64,000 bases of DNA from an uncultured Acidimicrobiales bacterium (GCA_938084885.1 CALKGG010000070.1:17556-81555); one strand, 5' to 3'. Positions 1-10,479 are shown, counted from the stretch's first letter. Notes: generated from the sequence alone by a model not told the origin. Translations and numbers: made by a program.

Positions 1-683
1 AAGACCAGGTTGGCCATGTCGACTGGTGTGCCGATGGTTCGGAGCGGGTGCACGGCCTCGGCTTCTTTGCGGGCCTCGTTCGGGTCGACGCCGTCTGGAT
101 AAAACTGTTCGAGCATCGGCGTGTCGATGTAACCCGGACAAATCGCGTTGACGCGAATCCCCTCCGGACCATGATCGACCGCCATGGCCTTCGTGATCAT
201 GTGCACGGCGCCCTTCGTTGCGCAGTAGGCAGCGAGCTTGGGGTCCGCGATGTAGCCGTCGTACGAACCGAAATTGATGATCGACGCACACGGCGAGCGC
301 CTCAACAGCTCTAGGGCATGTTTCGACGTGAGGAACGTGCCGGTCACATTGATCGCGAATATCTGGTTCCATTCGTCGAGCGTCGTGTCGGAGACGGTCT
401 TTTCGATCTCGATCCCGGCAGCGTTAACAACGATGTCGAGCCGGCCGTGCCGGGCCTCGATGGTGGCGATGCCGTTGCGCACCTCATCTTCGGCCGTGAC
501 ATCGAAACGCAAGAATTCGCCGGCGCCTGGCTCACCGCCTATCGACCCATCATTGGTGAGATCGGCGGCGTACACGTATGCGCCCTCGGCTGCTAGCCGT
601 TCGCACACCGCCCGGCCCGCTCCCCCACGGCCGCCCGTCACGAGCGCAACCCGATCAGCCAACGGCCCCTTTGCCATGATCAT
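1..683 (-). CDS. short-chain dehydrogenase/reductase (SDR); 3' end runs off the window
   Basis: My own reverse-strand translation from the ATG at 683 gives MIMAKGPLADRVALVTGGRGGAGRAV (TGxxxGxG Rossmann motif), NAAG, a YxxxK catalytic motif (AAYCATKGAV) and ICPGYIDTPM. It is absent from the ORF track because there is no stop inside the window. Its ATG overlaps the TGA of the upstream Rieske gene (ATGA). Confidence 0.8.
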   Translation of the reverse strand, partial: MIMAKGPLADRVALVTGGRGGAGRAVCERLAAEGAYVYAADLTNDGSIGGEPGAGEFLRFDVTAEDEVRNGIATIEARHGRLDIVVNAAGIEIEKTVSDTTLDEWNQIFAINVTGTFLTSKHALELLRRSPCASIINFGSYDGYIADPKLAAYCATKGAVHMITKAMAVDHGPEGIRVNAICPGYIDTPMLEQFYPDGVDPNEARKEAEAVHPLRTIGTPVDMANLV

Positions 684-1804
684 GTGTCTCCTCGGTACTG
701 ATCGAGGACGAGACCGTGGAAATGGTGAAGCGCATGCTCGCTCAGACCAGATCCGGCAGGGTCGTTGACGATACGCCCTTGGGTAAAGGCTGGTGTCTGC
801 ATTCCCCGCTGCACGCTCTCGACCAAGTTGATGTCTTCCACCTGCAGCACCTCGTCGAGGTACCGGATCGATTCGAGTTCGGCGTTGTTTGGCTCGGCCG
901 ACTCCAAGAAGAAGTCGTAGGTCTCATAGGTCAGGTCCGGGCCAACCGGGATGATGTTGAGGACGATCATGTTGCCCCGTCCTGGGTAACGCATGAAGCA
1001 GGTGTTGGGCCACAACCACCACACCGCATGGTCGGTGACCACCGCATCTGTCACGTCGTACGCCGAGTTCTCCGACGTGCCAGCCTTTGCCATATGACTC
1101 GAATAGATGCCGTGGGTGGTCACGGTGTAGGTGTCCATGTCGACAAGAGACACAAAATCTTTGTGGGCCACGTGGCAGTGGTAGCACTCCAAAAAGTTGT
1201 CGACGACATTCTTCCAGTTGCTTCGAATCTCATATGTCAGCCGGTGGGCGAACGTCAGATCGGCAACATCGGGCGCCCACTCGGCCATTTCGCCTGCCAG
1301 CTCGCCGGATTGTTCAGCCAAGCTCGTCGCCTCGCTATCGAGGTTGACGAAGATGAATGACGCAAACTCCTCGACGAGCACGTCGTCGAGGCAAATGTCA
1401 GCCAAGTCAAAGTCGACCAGGTTCGCGGTGTGGCGCGCGGCGATCAGCTGACCATCGAGGTTGTAACTCCACGCGTGGTACGGGCACACAATGTTTCGGG
1501 CGGTTCCCTCACCAACGAGCAGATGATGTGCGCGGTGTTTGCAGACGTTGTAGAACGCCCGCAGGTCGCCAGTGGCGTTCCGCACGACCACGATTGCCAT
1601 GTCGGCAACGGTGGTGGTGACATAGCTACCGGGACGGCGAAGCTTCTCCGCGTGACAGACCCACTGCCAGCTGTTCGAAACAATGTGTTTTTGGTCCACA
1701 TCGAACCATCGAGGTTCGGTGTAGGCGTCGGCGTGCAGTGACTGTGATGCACTGGGGTTTGGGTCCCAGCCGGTCGCTATCGACTCGTTTCCGACCGTAC
1801 TCAT
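680..1804 (-). CDS. Rieske [2Fe-2S] non-heme iron oxygenase alpha subunit (GbcA/CntA/choline-monooxygenase-like family)
   Basis: Rieske motif CKHRAHHL...CPYHAW. Mononuclear iron motif NFLECYHCHVAH. 374 aa. ATGA overlap with betC upstream and with the SDR downstream. Confidence 0.85.
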   Translation of the reverse strand: MSTVGNESIATGWDPNPSASQSLHADAYTEPRWFDVDQKHIVSNSWQWVCHAEKLRRPGSYVTTTVADMAIVVVRNATGDLRAFYNVCKHRAHHLLVGEGTARNIVCPYHAWSYNLDGQLIAARHTANLVDFDLADICLDDVLVEEFASFIFVNLDSEATSLAEQSGELAGEMAEWAPDVADLTFAHRLTYEIRSNWKNVVDNFLECYHCHVAHKDFVSLVDMDTYTVTTHGIYSSHMAKAGTSENSAYDVTDAVVTDHAVWWLWPNTCFMRYPGRGNMIVLNIIPVGPDLTYETYDFFLESAEPNNAELESIRYLDEVLQVEDINLVESVQRGMQTPAFTQGRIVNDPAGSGLSEHALHHFHGLVLDQYRGDT

Positions 1805-3309
1805 TGCTCGAACCGCGGAAATCGCATCTTCGGGCCGGCCTCAGCCCAGTCTTGATGATTTCGCACGTAGGCGTTCGCCACGTCGTTGACCGGCAAGTGA
1901 TCCCACGAAACGAGCGGCCCCGATGACATTGCCTCGTGAAGGAGGTGGCGGGTGCGCTGCGATTCGACCACACGAGCAGTGATCGCGTCGGAATCCCAAC
2001 GGTCGGCGACCTCGGCGGCGAACGCCGCCGCCATCTCGGCATAGGCCGGATCGCCAGCCAGGTTGGCCCGTTCCAGCGGGTCGGCCGCCACGTCGTAAAG
2101 CTGCGCTGGGTCGGTGGCGCAGTGAATGTATTTGTATGGGCCTCGGCGGATCATAAAGATCGGCGCCGACGTCATCTCAGCGGTGTACTCGCCGAAGGTC
2201 TCATCGACCGGATCTTCACGACCCGACCATGCAGGCACAAGGCTGCGACCTGGCAGGTCGCTATCGAGGTTCGACCCACCCGCAATATCGACGAGCGTGG
2301 GCAACAAGTCGAGGTGCGAACAGGCGTTGTCGATCGATCCTTGCGCAACGCCCGGACCAGCCACGACCAACGGCACGCGGGCCGATCGCTCGTGGAACGA
2401 CATCTTGAACCATGCCCCACGGTCGCCCAACATGTCGCCGTGGTCGCTCGTGACGATGACGATCGTGTCATCGAGACGCCCGCACGATTCGAGCGTCGTG
2501 AGCAGTTGCCCGAGCTGATCGTCGAAATAGCTGACGTTCGCGTAGTAGCCATGGCGCGCGTTGCGCACCTGCTCGTCGGTGTAGCCAACGGTGTCGGCTT
2601 GGATGCCGGTGCGGATGCGGAGCGTGTGTGGGTCGAGCGAATCGAGGTCCCACTCGTCGGGCATGTCGATCTCGTCGTGATCGTAGAGGTTCCACCACTC
2701 AGGGCGAGCCACGTATGGGTCGTGTGGGTGGATGAACGATGCGCAGAGGAAGAATGGCCGATCATCGTCGTCTCGAACCATGTCGAGCAACCGACGCCGA
2801 GCCGCAAAGCCCACCTCTTCGTCGTAGTCGAGCTGGTAGGTCGTGACTGCCTCGCCAGCGTCTTGAAGCACGTCCATGTTGTGGTACCACTTGTCGATGC
2901 GTTCATCTGCCCGTTCCCAATTCGGGGTCCACGCAAAATCGGCGGGGTAGATGTCGGTCGTAAGGCGTTCCTCGAACCCGTGCAATTGGTCGGGGCCAAC
3001 AAAGTGCATCTTCCCGCTGAGGACCGTGCGGTAGCCAGCGAGCGCCAGGTGATGTGCCAGGGTCGGCGTGGCGGCCGGGAACTCGCTCGCGTTGTCCCAC
3101 GCACCGATCGCCGAAACGGGTTGCCCCGAGAGCATCGTGAAGCGAGCTGGGGCGCACAGAGGCGAGTGACAATAGGCCGCGTCGAAACGTGTCCCCCGCT
3201 CAGCGAGTGCATCGAGGTTCGGGGTCTTCACGACCTCATGCCCATAGGTCGACGTGAAGTGTGGGGCCAGCTGATCTGCCATCACGAACAGGATGTTTGG
3301 GCGTGTCAT
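1801..3309 (-). CDS. betC: choline-sulfatase
   Basis: N-terminus PNILFVMADQL. Sulfatase signature SPLCAPAR. The long block GKMHFVGPDQLHGFEERLTTDIYPADFAWTPNW is nearly identical to my recollection of Sinorhizobium BetC. Also HPHDPYV and SDHGDMLGDRG. 502 aa. Confidence 0.85.
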   Translation of the reverse strand: MTRPNILFVMADQLAPHFTSTYGHEVVKTPNLDALAERGTRFDAAYCHSPLCAPARFTMLSGQPVSAIGAWDNASEFPAATPTLAHHLALAGYRTVLSGKMHFVGPDQLHGFEERLTTDIYPADFAWTPNWERADERIDKWYHNMDVLQDAGEAVTTYQLDYDEEVGFAARRRLLDMVRDDDDRPFFLCASFIHPHDPYVARPEWWNLYDHDEIDMPDEWDLDSLDPHTLRIRTGIQADTVGYTDEQVRNARHGYYANVSYFDDQLGQLLTTLESCGRLDDTIVIVTSDHGDMLGDRGAWFKMSFHERSARVPLVVAGPGVAQGSIDNACSHLDLLPTLVDIAGGSNLDSDLPGRSLVPAWSGREDPVDETFGEYTAEMTSAPIFMIRRGPYKYIHCATDPAQLYDVAADPLERANLAGDPAYAEMAAAFAAEVADRWDSDAITARVVESQRTRHLLHEAMSSGPLVSWDHLPVNDVANAYVRNHQDWAEAGPKMRFPRFEQ

Positions 3310-3331
3310 AGCCCAATGAATATCACGATAC

Positions 3332-3345
3332 TGAACGATCGTTCA
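3332..3345. promoter_or_regulatory. perfect 14-bp palindrome TGAACGATCGTTCA in the betC/ubiB-like divergent promoter region
   Basis: Read directly from the sequence. It lies 23 nt upstream of the betC start and 85 nt upstream of the kinase start. The core is GAAC-N4-GTTC. Confidence 0.4.
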
Positions 3346-3429
3346 ATACGTGACCGTTGGCGGCACGACAAGCGCCAAGAACCTCCGCTGCGGCACACAT
3401 TTGTTGCGCGCTCAGCGCACACTGGTTCC

Positions 3430-5106
3430 ATGACTGATTTGGCCGACTCTTCAACCGGCACCCCTGAATTCGAAGGCGACCTCGCCCTCGCGGCGTTCAG
3501 TGACGACGGACCATGGCAGGTGACGTTAGAAGGCGCTCGATGGCGCGACCGCGTCGACACCATCCGTTCCACCGTCGAACGTCAGATTCCCGGCCTCATT
3601 CGACCAACTCGAATGCCCGCGGGCGGGAGACTCATCGAGGTTGCTGGGCGCCTTGGCGGCGCCATTGGCCTTTGGTATCTGACCGGCCGCCGCAAGGGCG
3701 GTTCGGAATCGACCGCGGACGTATCGCGGCGCCTTCGAGAAGCCGCCGAGGTCTTGGGGCCCACCTACATCAAACTCGGACAGATCATCTCGAGCGGCCA
3801 AGGCATCTTTCCAACCGAACTCGTCGACGAGTTCATCAAGTGCCGTGACCAAGTCCCAGCCGAATCCTTCGACACGGTTCGGGCCGTCGTCGAATCCGAC
3901 CTCGGCAAACCGCTCGAAGCGGTATTCTCCACGTTCGATCGCGAACCGCTGGCCGCAGCGTCGATCGCACAGGTACATCGAGCCGTCCTCGCCGACCACA
4001 TCACCCCCGGCGGCGGCAAAGAGGTCGTTGTCAAAGTGCAGCGACAAACCGTGAGCGAACTCGTCCACCAAGACCTCAAGGTCATGGCGTGGCTCGCACC
4101 GTTCCTCATTGGCCGTATCCCTGTCGCGGCGCTCGCAAACCCTCCGGCACTCGTTGAAGTATTTGCAGAAACCATCACCGAAGAACTCGACTTCCGCCTC
4201 GAAGCAGCAAACATGGTCGACGTTGCCATGTCGCTTCGCCAGCTCGGCCAAACCGCGTACGTCATCCCCCGTCCGCACCCGACGCTGGTGACTCGAAGGG
4301 TCATGGTCATGGAAGAGCTCAGCGGGTTCAAATTCGACGACGTTGCCGGCATCAAAGACGCCGGAATCGACACGCACGAGATTGTTCGCACCTCCATGAT
4401 TGGTTTCCTCGAAGGGGCCATGATCCACGGTGTCTTCCACGGCGACCTGCACGGCGGCAACCTGTTCGTCCAGCCCGACGGCCGCACTGCACTGTTCGAC
4501 TTTGGCATCACGGGTCGGTTGAGCGAGAAGAAGCGGCAAGCCTTCCTGCGGCTCTTGATGTCGGGAATGATCAGCGATGTGAAGGGTCAGCTCGCCGCGA
4601 TCCGAGACCTCGGAGCGTTGCCACCCGATACCGACCTCGATGTTGTCTTCCATGACCTCGGCCTCGACCGTGCCCCCATCGACCCAACAGCGCTCACTCC
4701 TGACGAGCTCATCGAGGAACTCCAAAAGTTCGTCAAGCTCCTCCTCGGCTATGGGGCTCGCCTTCCGAAAGAGCTCATGTTGTTCGTAAAGAACCTGATG
4801 TTTGTCGATGCTGCGATCGGCACCCTGGCCCCCGACCTCGACCTCTTTGGCGAGGTCACCGCCATCGCCACACACTTTGCCCAAAACCATGGACAACGCC
4901 TTGCGAGCGAGATGGGCAAAGCCGGGCAAGAACTCGAGGTTGACCTGACATCGTTCAAGGACAGCATCGGCATCGACCGTTCGACCGAATCAGTGACGTA
5001 CAACGATCTCAAGGCGCGGCGAGAGCTCATCCAAAAACGCATGGCGACCGAGCGCAGTGCAGACAACGCAATGGTGAAGGGCTGGCGCAACCGCTTCACG
5101 CGCTAG
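3430..5106 (+). CDS. ABC1/UbiB-family atypical protein kinase
   Basis: The tracked ORF 1936..5106 is a chimera. The plausible start is the ATG at 3430 (MTDLADSS...). Motifs: GPTYIKLGQIISS, AAASIAQVHRA, VVKVQR, HGDLHGGNLFV, LFDFGI. Confidence 0.85.
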   Translation: MTDLADSSTGTPEFEGDLALAAFSDDGPWQVTLEGARWRDRVDTIRSTVERQIPGLIRPTRMPAGGRLIEVAGRLGGAIGLWYLTGRRKGGSESTADVSRRLREAAEVLGPTYIKLGQIISSGQGIFPTELVDEFIKCRDQVPAESFDTVRAVVESDLGKPLEAVFSTFDREPLAAASIAQVHRAVLADHITPGGGKEVVVKVQRQTVSELVHQDLKVMAWLAPFLIGRIPVAALANPPALVEVFAETITEELDFRLEAANMVDVAMSLRQLGQTAYVIPRPHPTLVTRRVMVMEELSGFKFDDVAGIKDAGIDTHEIVRTSMIGFLEGAMIHGVFHGDLHGGNLFVQPDGRTALFDFGITGRLSEKKRQAFLRLLMSGMISDVKGQLAAIRDLGALPPDTDLDVVFHDLGLDRAPIDPTALTPDELIEELQKFVKLLLGYGARLPKELMLFVKNLMFVDAAIGTLAPDLDLFGEVTAIATHFAQNHGQRLASEMGKAGQELEVDLTSFKDSIGIDRSTESVTYNDLKARRELIQKRMATERSADNAMVKGWRNRFTR

Positions 5107-5112
5107 CGAAAC

Positions 5113-6417
5113 TTATGGAGCGGGTTTTGTGGCGCTCAGCAACGATTGCTCGAGAACGTCCATCCCCTCGGCAATGTCGGCCTCGGTCGCGACCAACGGT
5201 ACGAGCACTCGTATGACGTTCGAGTCGAGCCCGGCACCCATCAGGATCAGCCCCCGATCAAAGGCGTGACCAACAATGGCCGCCGTTGTTGCCGCGTCGG
5301 GCTGACCATGTCCATCGACGATCTCGATGCCGAGCATTGGGCCGAGCCCTCGAACCTCGCCAATCGCGTCGAAACGATCGCCGAGCTCGTCGAGACGGCT
5401 ACGCATGCGGGCACCCAACGCCTTAGCCGCGTCTTGGAAGTTTGGGTCGAGCACCTGGCGTATTGCCACCTTGGCTGCCGCACACGACAGCGGATTGCCG
5501 CCGTAGGTGCCGCCGATGCCTCCCGTGTGCACACTGTCCATGATGTCGGCGCGTCCGGTCACCCCCGAGATTGGTAACCCGCCGCCCATCGACTTTGCCC
5601 AGGTGATCAGCTCTGGAGTCACGCCGTAGTGTTCGACCGCAGCGGGCGTTCCGGTACGACCCATGCCGGACTGCACCTCGTCTGCAATGATCAAAATCCC
5701 GTGCTCGGCGGCGATCTCCTGGAGTCGCATTGGGTAGTCGTTGGGCATTGGCAAGAACCCGCCTTCGCCCTGGACCGGCTCGTAGATGATGGCCGCCACG
5801 TTGCTTGGGTCGACCTGGTTCTTGAACACACGATGCAGCCCGTCGATCGCGTTCTTCGAGGTGATCCCGCGGAACGGGTACGGGCCGGGTGCTCGGTATA
5901 TCTCGGGGGCGAACGGGCCCATGCCAAGCTTGTAGGGCCGCACCTTGGCCGTTAGCGTCATCGTCAACAGGGTGCGGCCGTGAAAGGCATTGTCGAGACA
6001 GATAATGCCATCGCGTCCGGTGAAGTAGCGGGCGATCTTGACCGCGTTCTCCACTGCTTCGGCGCCAGAGTTGGCAAGAAATGCCTTCTTTGCGAAGTCG
6101 CCTGGATGGCACTCGGTGAGTAGTCGACAAACGTCGACGTAGGGCTCGTAGCTATGCAACGAGAAGCACTGGTGCAGGTAGTTGTCTAACTGGGTTCTGA
6201 CCGCGGCGATGACGTCGGGGTTGCTGTGGCCGTGGTTTGCGGTTCCGATGCCGCCCACAAAATCCAGAAACTCGCGTCCGTCAACGTCCCACAGCCGAGC
6301 GCCTTCAGCCCGTTCGACAAAGAAGGGTCGTCCGTTGACGCTCGATGACACCCACCGATCTCGTTCGGCGGCGAGGCGGTCGGTATGTGGTGTGTCGGTT
6401 GCTGCATCGGTACCCAT
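5113..6417 (-). CDS. gabT: 4-aminobutyrate aminotransferase (class III PLP aminotransferase)
   Basis: Motifs: NSGAEAVENAVKIAR, DNAFHGRTLLTMTLTAKVRPYK, GPFAPEIYRAPGPYPFRG, DEVQSGMGRTG. Start moved to the ATG at 6417, which has GGAGG 8 nt upstream and avoids a 28-nt overlap with the upstream ACAD gene. Confidence 0.8.
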   Translation of the reverse strand: MGTDAATDTPHTDRLAAERDRWVSSSVNGRPFFVERAEGARLWDVDGREFLDFVGGIGTANHGHSNPDVIAAVRTQLDNYLHQCFSLHSYEPYVDVCRLLTECHPGDFAKKAFLANSGAEAVENAVKIARYFTGRDGIICLDNAFHGRTLLTMTLTAKVRPYKLGMGPFAPEIYRAPGPYPFRGITSKNAIDGLHRVFKNQVDPSNVAAIIYEPVQGEGGFLPMPNDYPMRLQEIAAEHGILIIADEVQSGMGRTGTPAAVEHYGVTPELITWAKSMGGGLPISGVTGRADIMDSVHTGGIGGTYGGNPLSCAAAKVAIRQVLDPNFQDAAKALGARMRSRLDELGDRFDAIGEVRGLGPMLGIEIVDGHGQPDAATTAAIVGHAFDRGLILMGAGLDSNVIRVLVPLVATEADIAEGMDVLEQSLLSATKPAP

Positions 6418-6476
6418 GATTTGTCCTCCACTCCCATATTCGCCCATTGGTGCAGCTGATGGAAGTTCGCCGACGG

Positions 6477-7646
6477 TCAGTAGCTCTTTGGCAGGTTGAG
6501 ACACTTCTGCCCGACGAACGCGAGGATCAGGTTGTTGTTGATTGGCGCCACTTGGTACAGGCGTGTCTCTCGCAACTTGCGTTCAATGTCGTACTCGGTC
6601 GCAAACCCGTATCCGCCGTGTGTGTCGACCGCGGCGTTGCCCGCCGCCCACGATGCTTCACTCGCGAGGAGTTTGGCCATGTTGGCCTCGACTCCATGGG
6701 GTTGTCCCATGTCGTAGAGGTCCGCTGCCTTCCAGCGCATCAGGTTCGCTGCTTCGATCTGGATGTGGGCCTTCGCCAACGGAAACTGCACGCCTTGGTT
6801 TTGGCCGATTGGACGATCGAACACCACCCGCTCTCGGGCGTAGGCCGATGCCCGCTCGATGAAGAAGCGCCCGTCGCCGATGCACTCGGCAGCGATGAGT
6901 ATGCGCTCGGCGTTCATGCCTCCCAGAATGTGGCGAAAACCGTCGCCCTCGACCCCAATAAGCGAGTCGGCAGGGATCACGACGTCATCGAAAAAGACCT
7001 CGGTCGTGCTGTGGTTCATCATCGTCGAGATTGGATTGATCGTGAGCCCGTCGATGAGGGTTCCATCGGCGTTGCGCATTTCGATGAGAAATACCGAGAG
7101 GCCCTGCAACCGATCGTTCCCCGACCCTGCCGGCGCCGTGCGGGCAAGGAGCACCATGAGGTCGGAGTGTTCGGCTCGGCTCGTCCACACTTTCTGTCCG
7201 TTGACTCGGTAGGTGTCGCCGTCGCGGTCGGCGCGGGTTTGCACCGCCGTCGTGTTTGAACCGGCGGCTGGCTCGGTGACACCGAACGCTTGCAGTCGCA
7301 TGTTCCCATTTGCCACGTCGGGGAGGTAGCGCTGTTTTTGGGCCTCGCTGCCATGACGCAGGAGCGTGCCCATCACATACATCTGTGCATGACATGCGCT
7401 TGGATTTCCGCCGCTTGCCGCGATCTCCTCGAGAATGACCGATGCCCCTCCAAGGCTGAGCCCTCCTCCGCCGTATTCCTCGGGAATGAGCGCGCTGAGC
7501 CAACCGTGTGTGGTGAGTTCGCGCACGAACTCTTCGGGATAGGTCGACGGTTCGAGGCTGCGCCAGTACTCGTTGCCGTACGCGTCGCACAAGCGACGAA
7601 CTTCGGCTCGAATGACCTCGTGTTGTTCTTCGCTTCGGTCTAACAC
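6477..7646 (-). CDS. acyl-CoA dehydrogenase
   Basis: 389 aa. Has FGVTEPAAGSN, a WTSRAEHSDLMVLLART-type middle domain and a C-terminal HGGYGFATEYDIERKLRETRLYQVAPI. Confidence 0.85.
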   Translation of the reverse strand: MLDRSEEQHEVIRAEVRRLCDAYGNEYWRSLEPSTYPEEFVRELTTHGWLSALIPEEYGGGGLSLGGASVILEEIAASGGNPSACHAQMYVMGTLLRHGSEAQKQRYLPDVANGNMRLQAFGVTEPAAGSNTTAVQTRADRDGDTYRVNGQKVWTSRAEHSDLMVLLARTAPAGSGNDRLQGLSVFLIEMRNADGTLIDGLTINPISTMMNHSTTEVFFDDVVIPADSLIGVEGDGFRHILGGMNAERILIAAECIGDGRFFIERASAYARERVVFDRPIGQNQGVQFPLAKAHIQIEAANLMRWKAADLYDMGQPHGVEANMAKLLASEASWAAGNAAVDTHGGYGFATEYDIERKLRETRLYQVAPINNNLILAFVGQKCLNLPKSY

Positions 7647-7879
7647 TCGTTTTCCTGCCTGCTGTGGAGCGGTTTGGACACCCGAACAGCCTATGGCTCA
7701 ACCGATCGGGCAAAATGTTGGGTCGCCGTCATGGTCGCCCGCATCGGCCCGGGAGAAGCGCATCGACGGGTTCGCGGGCCCGTAGATACTGGCCAGACAG
7801 CACAACGAGGGAGCACCTGGGGACCTCACCCGGAGTGGCCGCTTAGAACCAAGCGGAAACCTCGCCTAACCTCTCCCCC

Positions 7880-8539
7880 GTGCGCCTTGTTGTAGCCCGA
7901 TGCACCGTCGACTATGACGGTCGCCTTACCGCCCATCTCCCTGAAGCCACCCGGCTGATTATGGTCAAAGCCGACGGCTGTGTGGCGATCCACGCCGATG
8001 GGGGCGCGTACAAGCCGTTGAACTGGATGAACGCGCCAAATCGACTGATCGAAGATGGCGCCGAATGGCGCGTCGTGAGCCCGAAGGGCGAGACCCTCAT
8101 CATCACTATCCATGAGATTCTGAGCGATAGCAGTTGGGATCTCGGCGTCGACCCCGGTCTCATCAAAGACGGGGTTGAAGCCCACATTCAAGAGCTGTTG
8201 GCCAACGACCCAACCTCGATCGCTGCTGGCTACAAGCTGGTACGACGCGAGTATCCCACCGGCATTGGACCGGTCGATTTGTTGTGCCGCGACGAGGACG
8301 ATGCCGTTGTCGCCATCGAGGTGAAGCGTCGGGGCGAGATCGACGGCGTGGAACAGCTCAGCCGTTACCTCGAATTCCTTAACCAAGATCCCCGCCTCGC
8401 CCCGGTTCGGGGAGTGTTTGTTGCTCAAGAGATCAAGCCACAGGCCAAAGTTCTTGCGAGCGAGCGGTCGATCGATTGTGTCGAAGTCGACTATGACGAG
8501 CTCCGCGGAATCGAATCGCCCCAGCTAAGGCTGTTGTGA
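7880..8539 (+). CDS. nucS: endonuclease NucS (EndoMS mismatch endonuclease)
   Basis: [50 protein letters not shown] plus a C-terminal [39 protein letters not shown] start. 219 aa. Confidence 0.9.
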   Translation: MRLVVARCTVDYDGRLTAHLPEATRLIMVKADGCVAIHADGGAYKPLNWMNAPNRLIEDGAEWRVVSPKGETLIITIHEILSDSSWDLGVDPGLIKDGVEAHIQELLANDPTSIAAGYKLVRREYPTGIGPVDLLCRDEDDAVVAIEVKRRGEIDGVEQLSRYLEFLNQDPRLAPVRGVFVAQEIKPQAKVLASERSIDCVEVDYDELRGIESPQLRLL

Positions 8540-10479
8540 GCATCCCCTTACTTCACCGTGGACACCGTGCCCCCGTCGTGAGCAGTGCAAGCAGCGTGCG
8601 CGGCGTGCATTCGTGGCTGCTCGGGGCGTTACTCATTTCGGGGCTTCTGTCGGGATGCGGTGTTTTCGGCGACGGCGACTCGCAAGCATCGGCGGCCGAA
8701 TCCGCAGTGGTCGAGTCGCGAACAGTGCGCGTCGCTACCGGCGACCGGTTCTTCGATATCGATCCAACGTCGCTGGTCGATGCGTCCGGTAACCCAACCT
8801 CGACTGCGACCGACACCCTCACTAGTCGGGTGTCGGGGCTTTCGGCCGGCACGGCCGATCCAACCAACGCAGGCGTCATCTTCGACGGCGATGCGTTCGT
8901 CATGAACCCGTCGATTCCGGGAAGCACTCCCGACATCGAGACACTACTGCGTTTGCTCACTGCAGCAATCTCCAATGACGATGTCGACGCGCTCGATGTC
9001 CCCTTCACTCCAATTCGAGCCGAGGTCAGCAACGACGACGCGAGCGCCTATGCCGCGGAGTTGAACGAACGTATCGCCGGTGGGCTGAACGTGTCGGCGG
9101 GCGGCGAGGAGGGTGTCTTGTCAGCATCGGTCCTTGGTGAGGCGACTACTGTCGAATGGCTCGACGGCCAATGGGTTGTCTCGGTCGACTACGACGGCCT
9201 TGCAAACGAACTGGATGCGATTTTTGGTGACGTCGGCACCGACGGCGGCGAGGCCACGTTCCGAGTCGAACCTGGCGAGGGTGACGAACCTGGCACTGTG
9301 GTCATTGTGCCCGGCACACCGGGCACGCGTTGTTGCAACAATGAAGCGTCGGCGAATCGAATTGCCCGTGCACTCACGTCCAATGTGGCGACCACGACGC
9401 TCACTCTGGATTCGGTCGACGGCGAACGAGGCGTCGAATGGGCCGAGAGCCTCGGTATCGAGGAGCTGGTTGGCAGCTTCACGACCCGCTACACCGCCGG
9501 CCAAGACCGCAATATCAACATCGAGCGCATCGCCGAGATTACCCGGGGCCACATCATTGAACCCGGCGAGACATGGTCGCTCAACGAACGCGTTGGCCAG
9601 CGCACGAGAGCGAACGGATTTGTTCCTGCGGGCACGATTATCAACGGCCACTTGACCGATTCGGTGGGTGGCGGCATCAGCCAGTACGCGACCACGATTT
9701 TTAACGCAGCGTTCTTTGCTGGCCTCGAATTCGACCAGTATCAGGCGCACACGATCTACTTCAGCCGCTACCCCTATGGTCGCGAAGCAACGATCTCGTG
9801 GCCGGCTCCGCAGCTGGAGATTCACAACCCAACGCCGTATGGCATTCTGATCTGGCCAACGACGACGTCGAACTCGATTACCGTCGAGTTGTATTCGACC
9901 AAATGGGCCGACGCTGAACAGACCGGCCAGTTCGAAAACACTGTCCAGGTTGCGTGCACTCGGGTGACGACTGAACGGACCCGAACCTTCGTCGATGGAA
10001 CCACCGATGTGGATTCGGTCTTTGCCATCTACCGTCAGGAAGGCATTGGCTGTGACGGTGAGCCGACCGACGACCCGGATGCTCCACCGCCCACGACTAC
10101 CGTTCCCGTAGACGATGAGGACAACGGCGAAGACGATGAGGGCAACGGCGAGGACGAAGAGGGCAACGCTGACGGTGAAGGGGTTCCTGAGGGAGAAGCG
10201 GCCCCAACAGCGCCAGAAACCACCGACCCCGGCAACGAGAACCCAGAGCCGGTGAACGAGCCCGAGGACGATGGCGCTGGCGATGGCGCTCCTGACCCGC
10301 CAGCACAGCCGGCTGATCAACCCCCAACGCAAGATGCGCCTCCTGCTGATGCTCCGCCGGCAGATGCGTCAGATCCAGATCCAGATCCTGATACGTCAGA
10401 TCCTGATACGTCAGATCCTGGAGCCGACAGTCCACCCGCCGAAGACCTCGCAGCACCAGCACAACAAGACACCGCCTAA
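8536..10479 (+). CDS. VanW-domain lipoprotein with a long acidic/proline-rich low-complexity C-terminal tail
   Basis: Lipobox LLSGC. VanW-like core [60 protein letters not shown]. The GTG start overlaps the nucS TGA (GTGA), and internal GTG starts closer to the signal peptide are possible. Confidence 0.75.
   Translation: MSIPLLHRGHRAPVVSSASSVRGVHSWLLGALLISGLLSGCGVFGDGDSQASAAESAVVESRTVRVATGDRFFDIDPTSLVDASGNPTSTATDTLTSRVSGLSAGTADPTNAGVIFDGDAFVMNPSIPGSTPDIETLLRLLTAAISNDDVDALDVPFTPIRAEVSNDDASAYAAELNERIAGGLNVSAGGEEGVLSASVLGEATTVEWLDGQWVVSVDYDGLANELDAIFGDVGTDGGEATFRVEPGEGDEPGTVVIVPGTPGTRCCNNEASANRIARALTSNVATTTLTLDSVDGERGVEWAESLGIEELVGSFTTRYTAGQDRNINIERIAEITRGHIIEPGETWSLNERVGQRTRANGFVPAGTIINGHLTDSVGGGISQYATTIFNAAFFAGLEFDQYQAHTIYFSRYPYGREATISWPAPQLEIHNPTPYGILIWPTTTSNSITVELYSTKWADAEQTGQFENTVQVACTRVTTERTRTFVDGTTDVDSVFAIYRQEGIGCDGEPTDDPDAPPPTTTVPVDDEDNGEDDEGNGEDEEGNADGEGVPEGEAAPTAPETTDPGNENPEPVNEPEDDGAGDGAPDPPAQPADQPPTQDAPPADAPPADASDPDPDPDTSDPDTSDPGADSPPAEDLAAPAQQDTA
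10117..10179 (+). repeat. 3 x 21-nt in-frame tandem repeat (E-D/E-N/G-N-G-E-D-D/E) in the VanW tail
   Basis: gaggacaacggcgaagacgat / gagggcaacggcgaggacgaa / gagggcaacgctgacggtgaa, read directly. Confidence 0.7.
10333..10422 (+). repeat. short in-frame tandem repeats (DAPPA x2, DP x3, DTSDP x2) in the VanW tail
   Basis: gatgcgcctcctgct/gatgctccgccggca, then gatccagatccagatcct, then gatacgtcagatcct x2. Confidence 0.65.

Noticed and set aside
1936-5106. 1,056-aa + strand ORF, the second-longest in the track
   Set aside because: Its first ~500 codons are the antisense shadow of betC, with Arg/Gly/Val-rich nonsense such as RRRHLGIGRIASQV. They simply run in frame into the real UbiB-like kinase, which starts at 3430.
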